NCBI GenBank assembly: GCA_964592195.1
Contig: CAZQEI010000007.1
Coordinates: 5,082-69,081, forward strand
DNA from: an uncultured Gammaproteobacteria bacterium
Lineage (GTDB): Bacteria > Patescibacteriota > Patescibacteriia > UBA11705
DNA length: 64,000 nt
Direction of reading: 5' to 3'
Position numbers and translations under genes: made by a program. The notes below the pieces were generated by a model that was not told the origin of the DNA, did no database searches, and saw only the letters and a list, made by a program, of their open reading frames with translations. Every line of letters begins with the position of its first letter. Position 1 is the first letter of the stretch. Of this stretch, positions 29,039 through 38,753 are shown piece by piece.

Positions 29039-31375
29039 ATGACCAACTTAGCTAAAAAACTATTACTCGCCACGGTTTTCTACACCGGCGCGGTGGTGCT
29101 CATTGTCGAAGTTTTGGCAGTGCGGATTTTGGCGCCGTATTTTGGGAGCACGATGTATTCGGTGTCCAGTGTTTTGAGTGTGGTGTTGGCTGCGTTGTCA
29201 GTTGGCTATTATTTTGGCGGTAAATGGAGTGATTCTCATCCCAGCAAGAAATTATTTTTTGGAATTATATTTGTCAGTGGTATTTCGTTGATTGCAATGC
29301 AATTATTAACTCTATATGTTGTCCCGGATTGGAGTGAAAGCTTGTCAATGATCACTGGCCCATTGTGGGTTTCAATTATTTTATTTTTTATTCCCAGTTT
29401 TTTACTTGGCACGTTGTCTCCTTTGGTAATAAAATTGTTTAGCGTGGGAGAAACCATGGATACGATTGGCAGTTTAGCGGGAAAAGTTTTTTTCTGGTCA
29501 ACTCTTGGTAGTATTGTTGGGAGTTTACTGTCAGGTTTTGTGTTAATTCCCAGCTTTGGATTGAATAATATTGTTCGCGGTTTAGCCATCAGTTTATTAT
29601 TAATCGGAGCCATTGGTTTGTTTATTGATAATAAAAAGAAATTAATTGGTTCGTTGATATTGGTGATTGTTTTGTCTGGAGCTAGCTTGTTAATGGTGGA
29701 AAAAGTAGAAGCGTTGATTTCTTATGAAGGCATTTACCAACGCATTAGCGTGATTGATTCTGATTATAAAGGCACACCGGCCAGGCTATTGATGTTAGAC
29801 AAAAATCCCTCCTCTGCCGTAGATAAAACTGATAATTCTGTGATTTTTACCTATACCAAATATTATAAACTGTATAAATATTTTGCCCCGGAAATGAAAT
29901 CAGCGCTTGTTCTGGGTGGCGGAGCGTTCATTGTGCCGGAGGCTTTAGTGAATAGTTCACCAGAGGTAACCGTGGAGGCGGTGGAGATCGAGCCATCGCT
30001 TTTTAATTTGGGAAAAGAATATTTTGGTGTCAAAGACAGTGATCGTTTAATTGTGAGTAATGATGATGGTCGAGTATATTTAAAACAAACCAAGAAAAAA
30101 TATGATTTGATTTTCGGCGATGTGTTTCATTCACTTTATGGTGTGCCAGTGCAATTTACTACCAAAGAATTTTACGTCTTATCAAAAAGTAAATTGAATA
30201 ATAATGGGGTAATAATGGTCAATGCTATCGGTCAGCTTTCCAATCGCGCGCCTTCGTTTCTAATGTCGGAAATTAAAACTTTCCGTTCGGTTTACCCAAA
30301 TAGCTATTTCCTCGCTGTCTATTCACCATCTTCAAGCAAGTTACAAAATGTCATGATGATTGGTGTGAATGGTGATCAAGCTTTTGATTGGAATAGTATT
30401 AAAGAAAAAGAATTAATTGATTTAACCAAAAATAAATTAGTAGATTTGTCAGCTTATGATTGGGGCAACTACGAATTATTAACTGATGATTTTGCGCCTG
30501 TTGATTATTATAATGCTATAACTCTGCAAGAAGTGGAAAAAGCGAGACATAATTATATTAGCGGGGAAGAAGCCTTGGCTTCAGTGGCGAAACAAGTGTC
30601 TTTTGGCCAACGATATTTAGGTAGTGATGGGCATCAGGCAGAAGTTGAATACATAACAAAGCAATTGAATAAATTTACCCTCAATGTTCAACGTCAAGCA
30701 TGGGAGGAAACTTCCCCGGCGGGTGTGAAATATGAATTTCGCAATGTGCTGGCGCGTTTTTGGCCGGAGAATAAACAACGAATTATATTTGTGACACATT
30801 ATGATACCAAGAAAATTGATAGTGTGAATTTTGTCGGTGCCAATGATGGAGCCTCGGGTGTGGCAGTCATGTTGCAAATGGCGGAATTTTTAAATTTGGT
30901 GGATGAAGAACCAAATGTTGGTGTTGATTTGTTGTTTGTGGACGGTGAGGAAGGTTGGCCAGGTGAGGAACAGGCCACTATTGGAATTGGCGCTAAAAAG
31001 TTTGTAACAGATTTAAATAATTATTATATAGAAAAACCGGTTGAAGTGATTAATATAGATTTAGTGGGTGAGAAAGACGCACAATTTTTCCAAGAAAAAG
31101 ATTCTTTGCAATTTGATAAGAGCAAACATGAAAAGCTTTTTCAAGTTGGTAACGAATTATATGGTGATATGTTCATGGCAATGCCTAAATATCAGATATG
31201 GGATGATTTTACCGCTTTCAATCAACTTGGAATACCGGCGCAATTGTTAATCGATTTTGATTACAAGTATTTTCATACTGCCAAAGATAGTTTGAACAAA
31301 ATTGATTCAATGAGTTTAGCAAATACTGGTAATGTATTATTACGTTATCTCTATACTGAATATGGCAATCATTGA
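29039..31375 (+). CDS. fusion protein: polytopic membrane spermidine-synthase-like (aminopropyltransferase fold) N-terminal domain plus M28-family peptidase-like C-terminal domain
   Basis: About 7 TM helices, then LVLGGGAF...DLIFGDVFHS (methyltransferase/SpeE-like), then NDGASGVAVMLQ and FVDGEEGW (M28 motifs). Confidence 0.55.
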   Translation: MTNLAKKLLLATVFYTGAVVLIVEVLAVRILAPYFGSTMYSVSSVLSVVLAALSVGYYFGGKWSDSHPSKKLFFGIIFVSGISLIAMQLLTLYVVPDWSESLSMITGPLWVSIILFFIPSFLLGTLSPLVIKLFSVGETMDTIGSLAGKVFFWSTLGSIVGSLLSGFVLIPSFGLNNIVRGLAISLLLIGAIGLFIDNKKKLIGSLILVIVLSGASLLMVEKVEALISYEGIYQRISVIDSDYKGTPARLLMLDKNPSSAVDKTDNSVIFTYTKYYKLYKYFAPEMKSALVLGGGAFIVPEALVNSSPEVTVEAVEIEPSLFNLGKEYFGVKDSDRLIVSNDDGRVYLKQTKKKYDLIFGDVFHSLYGVPVQFTTKEFYVLSKSKLNNNGVIMVNAIGQLSNRAPSFLMSEIKTFRSVYPNSYFLAVYSPSSSKLQNVMMIGVNGDQAFDWNSIKEKELIDLTKNKLVDLSAYDWGNYELLTDDFAPVDYYNAITLQEVEKARHNYISGEEALASVAKQVSFGQRYLGSDGHQAEVEYITKQLNKFTLNVQRQAWEETSPAGVKYEFRNVLARFWPENKQRIIFVTHYDTKKIDSVNFVGANDGASGVAVMLQMAEFLNLVDEEPNVGVDLLFVDGEEGWPGEEQATIGIGAKKFVTDLNNYYIEKPVEVINIDLVGEKDAQFFQEKDSLQFDKSKHEKLFQVGNELYGDMFMAMPKYQIWDDFTAFNQLGIPAQLLIDFDYKYFHTAKDSLNKIDSMSLANTGNVLLRYLYTEYGNH

Positions 31376-31991
31376 AAAAGGTGGAAAATTTCATGGCCCA
31401 GTTAATAAATTTTTGCGACGAGCAATCAAGTTTGTTTTGATTGTATTATTTTTGTTAATATTAATAGTTGGTAAAGTACAAAATAAATATAAAGATCAAA
31501 TCTTTACCGTTGAAAACACGCCAAGTGGTTATGATTCAGCCGTGGTGTTTGGTGCTGGATTGCGAAGTAAAGGCACTCCCGGACTAATCCTGGCTGATCG
31601 GGTATATAAAAGTATTGAACTGTATCGTGATGGAAAAGTGAAAAATATTTTGATGAGTGGAGACAATCAAAGTCCCAATCACAATGAAGTACAAGCCATG
31701 AAAAATGCGGCATTAAATGAAGGCGTGCCGGAAAATATTATTTTGATGGATCATGCTGGTCTAAGTACCATTCAAAGTTGTTTGAATTTGAAAAATGAAT
31801 TACATTTGCAAAAAGTAGTCTTAGTTACTCAAGCCTATCATTTACCCCGTGCGTTATATGATTGTAATGAGATTGGAGTAGAAGCCATTGGTGTGGCGGC
31901 AGATGAAAAGCCCTACCCCGGTGCTTTTTCCAGAAAAGTTCGTGAATGGTTTGCTAGTGTGAGGGATTGGGTGGTGGTGAAGTTTAATTGA
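31362..31991 (+). CDS. DUF218 / YdcF-SanA family protein
   Basis: VVFGAGL...ILMSGD...HL.RA resembles DUF218. N-terminal TM helix. Overlaps the preceding stop (ATGGCAATCATTGA). Confidence 0.6.
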   Translation: MAIIEKGGKFHGPVNKFLRRAIKFVLIVLFLLILIVGKVQNKYKDQIFTVENTPSGYDSAVVFGAGLRSKGTPGLILADRVYKSIELYRDGKVKNILMSGDNQSPNHNEVQAMKNAALNEGVPENIILMDHAGLSTIQSCLNLKNELHLQKVVLVTQAYHLPRALYDCNEIGVEAIGVAADEKPYPGAFSRKVREWFASVRDWVVVKFN

Positions 31992-31999
31992 GAAATGAG

Positions 32000-32162
32000 G
32001 GAAGAGGAAAAAGTAATAAGTAACCGGTAACCAGTAATCAGTAACCAGTAATATGTAATAAATAACCTGTAACCGGTAATCTGTAAATTGTAGTCGTTTA
32101 ACGTATCTCGTATGACGTTTCACGATTTACCCTTCACGTATCACGAATACCGAATTACGAAT
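32000..32162. repeat. degenerate 9-bp tandem array (GTAACCAGT then CGTATCACG/TTACGAAT units)
   Basis: gtaaccggtaaccagtaatcagtaaccagtaatatg...cgtttaacgtatctcg...cacgaataccgaattacgaattacc. Confidence 0.7.
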
Positions 32163-32236
32163 TACCCCGCGATGCGGGGCAGGCGATTCACGAAAAGACA
32201 GCGCTAACGCTGTTTTTATTATAAATAAGCCATTTG

Positions 32237-32265
32237 TTGACAGTCTGAGTAATACTTGGTAACAT
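32237..32265 (+). promoter_or_regulatory. sigma70-like promoter TTGACA-N17-TAACAT
   Basis: Followed by an AGGAGAGG RBS and ATG 32315. Confidence 0.4.
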
Positions 32266-32314
32266 GAAGCATTGCTGTTTGACAATTTTAACCGACCACC
32301 AACAGGAGAGGTCC

Positions 32315-32806
32315 ATGCCGCATAATCACAGCGTGGGTGTCATTATTACAGATGGTAAACGTTTTTTGCTGCAACAAAAAGATATTACGCATCCGATTGA
32401 AAGTTGGAGAAATAAGTTCTGTCTGTTTGGCGGAGGAGTGGATGGGAAAGAATCAGTTCAACGAGCTATGCGTAGAGAAATGCAGGAAGAATTCAAACCT
32501 CAACACGTTGCCATGAGAATTGTTCGCGCAGCTCAGTTATTGTGGACGTTTGAATTGCCGATGTTTGATGAGAAGAATTATACGCTCACTGTTTTTGTTA
32601 GCTTAATGCGACCGGATGATATGGATATTCTGATCAAAGCTGTCGCGGAAGAAGAGGCAGTCCAAGAAGGTCGTGGTGTTTTGTTGAATGAAGATACGGT
32701 CAAATGTTTGATGAATCAGCCGGCGGTGAATTTCGTGGCCAGTCATGATCGAGCGTTGGCGGAATATTTTGAAGATAATAACCTTCACCAGGAAACGGAG
32801 GCTTGA
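32315..32806 (+). CDS. NUDIX hydrolase
   Basis: Nudix box GGGVDGKESVQRAMRREMQEEF. Confidence 0.7.
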   Translation: MPHNHSVGVIITDGKRFLLQQKDITHPIESWRNKFCLFGGGVDGKESVQRAMRREMQEEFKPQHVAMRIVRAAQLLWTFELPMFDEKNYTLTVFVSLMRPDDMDILIKAVAEEEAVQEGRGVLLNEDTVKCLMNQPAVNFVASHDRALAEYFEDNNLHQETEA

Positions 32807-33247
32807 ATGAAGAAAATGCTAGTCATTGCCGGAGCGTTTTTCGATGGGTGGGTACTTGAAGGTTGTTTGGTGGATGTTACCAAATTTTTTGGCACAATTG
32901 GATATAATGAGGCCGGCAAAAGAACTGGGTTTATGACTGATGTCTTGGGAACTGCGACTTTGTCACGGATTGTTATTACTAAAAATGAGTTCAGATTCAG
33001 GAAAGAATATACATTACCGCCTTGTACGCCTAAAGTAAAATGGTCAGAAATTGATTTCAAGTTCACTCGTCAAGGTGATCATTGGGTAGGCACTTATCAT
33101 GGCAAGAAGTATGAAAGAGTTTATACAGGCTTGGATTCAGTGGTCGTAGGGAGAGGAACATTTTCTGGCAAAGCTAAGTGTTCGTTGTTCGAGGCACCGG
33201 ATGGATTGTTTGAAAAGGAAGAAGGAAGCCAAGATGGCCAAGGGTAA
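32807..33247 (+). CDS. hypothetical small protein (1 of 3 in tandem)
   Basis: Start overlaps the Nudix stop (TGAATGA). No homology recognised. Confidence 0.4.
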   Translation: MKKMLVIAGAFFDGWVLEGCLVDVTKFFGTIGYNEAGKRTGFMTDVLGTATLSRIVITKNEFRFRKEYTLPPCTPKVKWSEIDFKFTRQGDHWVGTYHGKKYERVYTGLDSVVVGRGTFSGKAKCSLFEAPDGLFEKEEGSQDGQG

Positions 33248-33629
33248 AGATCTGTGGATTCAAGGTGTCTTCTTTTCTTGGCCAAATTTTCAAGTAGCGG
33301 TGATTTATCGTACAACCTTCTCTGCTATTTTTCGACCAACTAAGAAAGCCAATTGTTATTCTGGTGAAATTGAATTGGACTCCGGTGAGTTTACTGTCTC
33401 GGAGATTATTTTCGGTGGAGAAAGATTACGCTTTCGTCTGGTGAATGAAGAAAAGATGATATCTGCGGATGTTGATCTCAGACGTTTGGGCAGTGATCAA
33501 GAGGGATATTACTTCGAAGGTCAGTGTGCTGGTGTTAAAAAGTGGGAGGGGATGAAAGATATGAAATTCAAGAGCAAAGTAAGGTGTGTGATAAATCAAA
33601 TGCCGGCCACTTTTTGGGATAAGGAATAA
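33231..33629 (+). CDS. hypothetical small protein (2 of 3)
   Basis: Starts MAKGKDLW with a GGAAGGAAG RBS. Confidence 0.4.
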   Translation, partial: KMAKGKDLWIQGVFFSWPNFQVAVIYRTTFSAIFRPTKKANCYSGEIELDSGEFTVSEIIFGGERLRFRLVNEEKMISADVDLRRLGSDQEGYYFEGQCAGVKKWEGMKDMKFKSKVRCVINQMPATFWDKE

Positions 33630-33648
33630 ACAAAAAAGGAGAAATGCT

Positions 33649-34017
33649 ATGGAAAGCAAAATGATACATTTCAGTGGAACTATCCTAGGATTGTTTGATT
33701 TTGCAACTCAGGTACATAGAGAAGAAGTGTCGTTCAAAGGAGAATTTGATTGTAAAAAAAAGACTGGGTCTTTGAAAATAGATACACAATCATTGACGAT
33801 TATTGGTTTTAGAGAGATTAGGTCAGGGCAATATTCTTTTCAGGTATCATCTAATGCGAATAATCTAAATATTTCCGGTTCGTTGTTAATGAACGTTGGC
33901 AATCATTCAACCAGTCGTATTGGTGAATATCACTTTAATTCACGTAAGCAAGGTGGTAGAGACTTTAGTTGTAGTGGCAAGATCATCAGATGCCAAGTTG
34001 AAAATAGACAATCGTAA
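33649..34017 (+). CDS. hypothetical small protein (3 of 3)
   Basis: AAGGAG RBS. Beta-rich composition. Confidence 0.4.
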   Translation: MESKMIHFSGTILGLFDFATQVHREEVSFKGEFDCKKKTGSLKIDTQSLTIIGFREIRSGQYSFQVSSNANNLNISGSLLMNVGNHSTSRIGEYHFNSRKQGGRDFSCSGKIIRCQVENRQS

Positions 34018-34056
34018 TCATGACTTCCATTCGTTGGAATATTAAGAATAATAAAT

Positions 34057-34083
34057 ACTCAAGCAAATGCTTGGGTTTTTTTG
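34057..34083 (+). terminator. rho-independent terminator
   Basis: ACTCAAGCAaaTGCTTGGGT followed by T7. Confidence 0.6.
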
Positions 34084-34412
34084 TTTACTACGGATGCTAC
34101 TGATTGGAAAATTTAGTCATTATGAGCTACGGATACTACGCCCTGTCATCCGACAGGGCAGTCATGTCGAATGACATGACGGATACGCAAATGACAAGGG
34201 AAGTATTTATTTGACCACACCTTTCGCAGCGTCCCGCCTCAGGTGGAAGTTGGGGAGGGAGTTTTATCTAACTATCTATTTCACCACGCCTTCAGGCGGG
34301 GAGGAAAGCTTTGTTCCCTCCGTAAACGGAGGGTGAATAATTGTCTATTTCACCACGACTTTTTTATAATCCGTCTTTGGCGGAAGGCGGGGAGGAAGAC
34401 TTTATTCCCTCC

Positions 34413-35708
34413 CTAAAGGGAGGGGGAACTAGTTGTGGAAGTATTGATTTTTTCCAAAATAATTAAACTCTCAATATGCGGAGTTCGAGGGAAGAAGTTA
34501 TAGAGTTTAGCAAACTTAATTTTGTATTGCGGTAATAGTTTAGCAATATCTCGAGCTTGAGTAGCGAGATCGCAAGAGAGATAAATAATTTGCGGCGGTT
34601 TAACTTCCAAAATTTTACTCACCACATCATCATGCATACCAGCACGAGGTGGATCCACAATTAAAAGTTTATCAGATGTAATAACATCCGTAGCTTTTTC
34701 CGCTGGTTTAAGAATGGCTTCGCAGTTCTTGAGTTTATTTAAGTTAATATTATCGTTGGCGTAATTAACAGCTTCGTCGTTTATTTCAACTAGTGTTGTT
34801 GGACGTTTTAATGGTAAAGAGATTGAACCTACACCAGAGTATAAGTCAATCAAATCTAAATTTTTTGGTAGGTGTTCTTCAATGTCGTTTAAGGCGGCGG
34901 TGAAGATTGGAGCGTTCACTTGGAAAAAACTTAAAAGTCCGTATTTTAAGTTTACGCCTTTAATGTTTTCAATTAAATAATCTTGCCCCTCAGAATAAAG
35001 TAATTTGTCCGGGCGAGATGCTGGGCATCTTGGATCAGAATAATATATTTGTAAACCAACGAAGTTGCCAGTTAACTTTGGCGGTGCAATAATTTCAATT
35101 TCATCTTTGATAAACAAGGCCGCGACTGTTTCACCAGCCTGATTAGAACGAACGACTACGGTTTTAAATATTCTTTGGGGCAATTTTGATTGGTTAATCC
35201 AGTCGAGAATTATTTGAGTAGTTTCGTTAATTTCTTTTGAGGCTAATTGACATGGTTCAATGGGATTACGGTAATGACCACCGCGATCATAAAAAGCCGG
35301 GTGAGTAACGCCATCTACTTCCCAGAAACTATATTCAATCTTGTTACGATAATGATAAATATTTTCATCGCTGGTAATTTGAATATCATCCGGCAATGAA
35401 AAGCCGCCAATTTTTTGGAAAACTTCTTTGGCTACGTTAATTTTTTCGTGATTTTCCGCTTCAGCTGTCATGATTTGCCAAGGGGAACAGGATAAATAGT
35501 GTGATTCCGTGGCGGGAATGCGATCTGGGCTGGCTTTAATAATGTTAGTGGCAGTAGCTTCTATAAAGTTTTTCTTTTTCTTAATAATTTCCACTTCCAC
35601 TTCTTCACCAGGTAAAGCATTCCAAATAAAAATCTTGCGACCATCTTCCATTGTGCCGAGGGCTTGACCGCCGAAGACCAGCTTTTCGATTTTGATTATT
35701 TGGGACAT
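34413..35708 (-). CDS. RNA (uracil-C5)-methyltransferase, TrmA/RlmD family with N-terminal TRAM domain
   Basis: TRAM-like N-terminus (KLVFGGQALG...EEVEVEI). SAM motif LIDLYSGVGSISLPL. C-terminal LSCD. Confidence 0.75.
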   Translation of the reverse strand: MSQIIKIEKLVFGGQALGTMEDGRKIFIWNALPGEEVEVEIIKKKKNFIEATATNIIKASPDRIPATESHYLSCSPWQIMTAEAENHEKINVAKEVFQKIGGFSLPDDIQITSDENIYHYRNKIEYSFWEVDGVTHPAFYDRGGHYRNPIEPCQLASKEINETTQIILDWINQSKLPQRIFKTVVVRSNQAGETVAALFIKDEIEIIAPPKLTGNFVGLQIYYSDPRCPASRPDKLLYSEGQDYLIENIKGVNLKYGLLSFFQVNAPIFTAALNDIEEHLPKNLDLIDLYSGVGSISLPLKRPTTLVEINDEAVNYANDNINLNKLKNCEAILKPAEKATDVITSDKLLIVDPPRAGMHDDVVSKILEVKPPQIIYLSCDLATQARDIAKLLPQYKIKFAKLYNFFPRTPHIESLIILEKINTSTTSSPSL

Positions 35709-35868
35709 AATTATCTAATTTTTTATAATCAATTTAATTAGTATCTATTTTTGTCTTGACACTAAAGTGTCAGATAAGGGAAATGGAATGTAAATATTTA
35801 TCTTGGACTTTAGTCCAAAGTCCGCATACTTATTTTCTAAATTAAATTGTATATTTATTATAATAATT

Positions 35869-36864
35869 TTAACAATTCTTCAACGCCAACTGCCCGCACG
35901 CCGCGTGAATGTCTTGACCAAAGCGATAGCGTTCGATGACTTGAATATTATGTTTGATTAAAATATTTACAAATTGCTTAACGCGTTCCATAGGCGGTGC
36001 TTGAAACTTATCCGTGGAATTGTAAACGATAATATTTACCATTAATAATTTATTTTTTAATAATTGAGCCAGTTGTTCTGCTTGTTCGGCTGAATCATTA
36101 ACCCCGTCAATTAGCAAATATTCAATCATGACTTTTCGGTTTTTGTCTTGCAAGTATTCATCAATAACTGAAATTAATTTTTTAAGCGGATAATTTTTTG
36201 CCGCAGGAATTATCGTTTCTCTGAGCTTTTGTTCTGGCGCATGTAAAGAGATGGCCAAATTGAAGTCTTCTTTTTCAGTTGAAAATTTTTCAATACCATC
36301 GACAATACCAATCGTTGAAATAGAAATTTTCCTGGCGCTGATACCGAATAGTCGAGGGTGATTTAATAATCGCGCCGCAGCCATAACATTATCATAATTT
36401 AAAAACGGTTCACCCATTCCCATGAAAACAACATTAGTCACGCGTTCTTCTGTTGTTTGCAATTGACGATTGAAAAGTAGCACTTGCTCGGCAATTTCTT
36501 CAGCGGTTAAATTTCTTTTCAAACCTAAAGTCCCGGTCGCACAAAAAACGCAACCAAGCGGGCAGCCGACTTGACTGGATACACACACTGTTAATCGGCC
36601 TTCATGTCTCATCAAAACAGTTTCAATTTTCAAACCATCCATTAAAGTTACCAACGCTTTGGTTGTTCGACCATCAGCGGAATTAAAAAACTGAGCTGGT
36701 AAATTTAAATCAACTTCCTGTTTTAGTTTTTCTCGTAAAGGTTTTGACAAATTACTTGCCTGATCCCAATCAGTGATATTGTGATGAAAAATCGCCTCCA
36801 TGACCTGGTCACGGCGGAATTTTGGTTCATCTTTTATTAAGCTATTGATAATATTCCAGTTCAT
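35869..36864 (-). CDS. rlmN: radical SAM 23S rRNA/tRNA A-C2 methyltransferase RlmN
   Basis: CxxxCxxC (GCPLGCVFCATG) and MGMGEPFLNYDNV. Confidence 0.85.
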   Translation of the reverse strand: MNWNIINSLIKDEPKFRRDQVMEAIFHHNITDWDQASNLSKPLREKLKQEVDLNLPAQFFNSADGRTTKALVTLMDGLKIETVLMRHEGRLTVCVSSQVGCPLGCVFCATGTLGLKRNLTAEEIAEQVLLFNRQLQTTEERVTNVVFMGMGEPFLNYDNVMAAARLLNHPRLFGISARKISISTIGIVDGIEKFSTEKEDFNLAISLHAPEQKLRETIIPAAKNYPLKKLISVIDEYLQDKNRKVMIEYLLIDGVNDSAEQAEQLAQLLKNKLLMVNIIVYNSTDKFQAPPMERVKQFVNILIKHNIQVIERYRFGQDIHAACGQLALKNC

Positions 36865-36887
36865 ATATAGTCATTGACCATTGATCA

Positions 36888-36933
36888 TTTCCGCCGAAGG
36901 TCGGATCAGCCTCCGGCTGAGAACATTGATCAA
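36888..36933. repeat. 46-bp element, copy 1 of an inverted pair (partner at 55606-55651, 1 mismatch)
   Basis: tttccgccgaaggtcggatcagcctccggctgagaacattgatcaa. The reverse complement matches 55606-55651 at 45 of 46 positions. Confidence 0.7.
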
Positions 36934-37029
36934 CGATAAACAAAGTATGACACTTTTTAATTAATTAATCAAGTTTTTATGTAAAATTAAGCAAAATTAC
37001 AGATAAGTGTAACTCTTTCCCATCTGGCT

Positions 37030-37268
37030 CGTCCTATATAATGTAGGGTGTAGTGCAAATATGAAATACCCATTTTGCACTATCCTTCAAGATAAATTTA
37101 TGAAACGTTGTCAACAACAACCTAACCGTTCTATCGAAACCATGGTGACATTGGTCTCTGGTTTTGCTTATGATACGAATCAGGTCGGTTGTGGTTGGCG
37201 TATAGCGTCTGCATAAGGCGTAATACAATCAATAGGTGTACCCATCCGGCTTGGTAAGGCCGGTTTTT
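37030..37268 (+). ncRNA. candidate structured leader or small RNA ending in an intrinsic terminator, upstream of the MFS transporter (class not identified)
   Basis: No credible ORF. Hairpins include TAGTGCAAAtatgaaatacccaTTTTGCACTA. Ends with CCGGCTTGGTAAGGCCGG followed by T7. Confidence 0.25.
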
Positions 37269-37273
37269 TTGAC

Positions 37274-37366
37274 ATTACGAATTTTCGAATCTGTTACGAA
37301 TGTGTTCGAATAATCTCATTGCTAATCATTCGTAAAAATTCGAAATTAATTCGTATATTCGTAATG
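37274..37366. repeat. ~90-bp TTACGAAT/ATTCGTAA imperfect palindrome
   Basis: First half ttacgaattttcgaatctgttacgaatgtgttcgaat. Second half cattcgtaaaaattcgaaattaattcgtatattcgtaatg. Confidence 0.6.
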
Positions 37367-37415
37367 CTCTTTACAACTGAACGGTCAACCACCAACTCCT
37401 TGAAAGGGGGGAATC

Positions 37416-38612
37416 ATGGACGCGAAAAGAGTGGAGAAAATTTATTACGCGATTTCATTTTTTTACATGTTTCCGATGGCATTGTTTTTCATTGGATATG
37501 TATTGTTCTTAGCTGAGAATGGCATGAGTGATTCGAATATTGGTATTATTAACGGAATGTTTATGCTGGGAGTGTGTTTATTGGAAATTCCAACTGGTGT
37601 CATTGCCGACGCCTTTGGTAGAAAACTGTCGGTTATCCTTGGTTTGTTTGCCTATGCCTTAAGTTATTTTGTCTATTATTTAGGGCATACTTTAGGGGGA
37701 TTTATTTTAGCTGAATTGATATCGTCTTTTGGTTATTGTTTTATGAGCGGTGCTTTGGATGCTTGGTTGAAAGATTCACACGCTTTCTATCATGGTAAAA
37801 AATATTATGGCAAAATCATGACAAATGGTTTCTACTGGAAAAGAGTTGGTATGATGCTGGGCGGATTGACTGGCGCTGTTCTGATGATCAGCGGGAAACG
37901 CTGGGTTTGGTTGATATCATCGATAGTGCAATTAGCAGCGGCTTTAGTCTTTTGTAAATTGATGACTGAAGAATATTTTGTGAAGAGTAAATTCACTTTC
38001 AAATTAGCCAAAGAAAAAGTCAAATTGATTGTGCATAATAGTTTCCACTTTACGTGGAACACACTAATCATTCGCAAGTTAGCGATCCTTTCTGGTATCA
38101 GTTTCTTTGCTTGCCAGGCTTTGAATATGCAATGGACTAAATTGTTCTCTTCTATCTGGGGAGAAAGTTATTTGTGGATTGGTTACTTTTCTTTTAACGT
38201 TTGTATGCTGGGCGCTATCTTAATTGCGAAAAATTTTGTGAAACCGGAAAAAGAAAGATTGATGCTGACTGTCGGAGCATTGATTAGTGGCGTGTTTTTG
38301 TCTGCGTTGTTAATAAATCAGTCCATACCAATGATTGTTGTTGCCTTCTTGGCTTATGAAGTTGGTAGAGGAATTTTTCAGCCAGTGTACAGCGCATATT
38401 TACAACATCATGTTCCTTCCGACATCCGAGCTACCGTTACTTCTGCCACCTCCATTGTTGAACATCTTGGTATGGGCATGGGTTGGTGGTTGTCCGGTGT
38501 GGTGGTGTCGAGTTGGGGGATTGTAAATGTGTGGATGGTTTCCGGCTTGATATTCATGATAACTTTTGTAATGACATTCTGGATCCCGAAAAATCATATT
38601 GTGAAAGAATAA
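37416..38612 (+). CDS. MFS transporter
   Basis: 12 predicted TM segments. GVIADAFGRK resembles the MFS loop 2-3 motif. Confidence 0.75.
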   Translation: MDAKRVEKIYYAISFFYMFPMALFFIGYVLFLAENGMSDSNIGIINGMFMLGVCLLEIPTGVIADAFGRKLSVILGLFAYALSYFVYYLGHTLGGFILAELISSFGYCFMSGALDAWLKDSHAFYHGKKYYGKIMTNGFYWKRVGMMLGGLTGAVLMISGKRWVWLISSIVQLAAALVFCKLMTEEYFVKSKFTFKLAKEKVKLIVHNSFHFTWNTLIIRKLAILSGISFFACQALNMQWTKLFSSIWGESYLWIGYFSFNVCMLGAILIAKNFVKPEKERLMLTVGALISGVFLSALLINQSIPMIVVAFLAYEVGRGIFQPVYSAYLQHHVPSDIRATVTSATSIVEHLGMGMGWWLSGVVVSSWGIVNVWMVSGLIFMITFVMTFWIPKNHIVKE

Positions 38613-38753
38613 AAAAGAACAGCTCAAACGGGCTGTTTTTTTAATTTATTAATTGTGCTATAATTAAAATATAAAAATAAATGTATTGAATGGAGGGTTT
38701 TTGAATTTTGATCTTATGGTCAATGTTCATTGATCAATGTTCAATGAAAAAGT

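Noticed and set aside
37130-37240. TPP riboswitch upstream of the MFS transporter
   Set aside because: Only a partial match to the pyrimidine-sensing helix and no CUGAGA element, so it is kept as an unclassified candidate RNA only.
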